Translations under genes and position numbers: made by a program | Notes under the pieces: generated by a model | Databases searched by the model: none | What the model saw: the letters and a program-made list of their open reading frames with translations, nothing else | Told to the model about the DNA's origin: nothing | NCBI GenBank assembly: GCA_043228905.1 | Contig: JBHGNT010000008.1 | Span: 10,540,001-10,604,000, forward strand | Reading direction: 5' to 3' | Source: Azolla caroliniana | Taxonomy: Eukaryota; Plantae; Polypodiophyta | DNA length: 64,000 nt | In this document: positions 63,531 through 64,000 of the stretch, piece after piece | How positions within the stretch are numbered: position 1 is the stretch's first letter | How the letters are laid out: each line of letters begins with the position of its first letter

Positions 63531-64000
63531 ATTCTCACTTGGGACAAGAGTTCCCTCTTGTTCCTTTCGTGATTTGCCGGCACCGTTAGGAATTGGACGG
63601 ATTTCCCTCCGTTTTGGCTCCGAATTCGCGCAAAAGCCGCACCACTATCGAGCACCTTCGTCTCCATCCGTGAAGCCGTGATAAAGGGTTGGCCGAGGAT
63701 GACAGAATGTGAAACCTCATCCTGCACAAAGAAATTTTGGTCAATTTCGACATCCCCGATCTTTACCGTCACATCCGGACAAGCCGCAAATAGGTCTTCT
63801 GTCGTTTTCGTGGCTGCCCGAATCTTCCATCCATGGTTGGTGTTTATAGGCCACTTCCCCTTTCGGTAGAACTCCTTGGACATCAAGTTGATCTCCGATC
63901 CGTGATCAATCAATGCTAGCACGGGTTCTTTGATGTTGCCGATTCGGACCGGAGTCTCCGTAGTCGCACGTGCCCAGTGTGGCCTTGTATAGTGGGAGTT
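63521..64000 (-). CDS. gag: Protease end of Gag-PR of element C (partial)
   Basis: LIDHGSEINLM...QVRMDF*, identical to B. Confidence 0.92.
   Translation of the reverse strand, partial: NSHYTRPHWARATTETPVRIGNIKEPVLALIDHGSEINLMSKEFYRKGKWPINTNHGWKIRAATKTTEDLFAACPDVTVKIGDVEIDQNFFVQDEVSHSVILGQPFITASRMETKVLDSGAAFARIRSQNGGKSVQFLTVPANHERNKRELLSQVRMDF

Larger units (their letters stand above)
59034..64000 (-). mobile_element. Ty3/gypsy element C, near-identical sister of B; 5' part outside window
   Basis: 3' LTR 59034-59915 flanked by ACGT; PPT; pol 63530-59903; protease end 63521-64000. Confidence 0.96.

Overview
Eukaryotic plant nuclear DNA, most likely from a seed-free plant (inference from the Tcn1-like and Phygy-like elements). 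About 85% is nested transposons around one intact host gene, a 7-exon mitochondrial ATP synthase assembly factor ATP10 (30938-36815). Ty3/gypsy content: three copies of a tRNA-Trp-primed non-chromovirus clan (A 1-6595 decayed; B 15692-22880 near intact; C 59034->64000 on the minus strand), two solo LTRs of that clan, and a Tcn1-like chromovirus. Other elements: five Ty1/copia elements or fragments, a decayed L1 LINE and a hAT MITE. Most notable signals: (1) antisense tRNA-like Pol III A/B-box modules with identical tRNA spacing in the U3 of three dissimilar LTR families, each followed by a CATGCA cluster and TATA; (2) a conserved -1 frameshift signal (GGAUUUU plus putative pseudoknot) between protease and RT; (3) 4-bp CpG-centred (ACGT) target sites; (4) a self-priming signature in the Tcn1-like element; (5) an apparent solo LTR that joins two different, oppositely oriented copia elements. 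All coordinates were read by eye and no searches were run.
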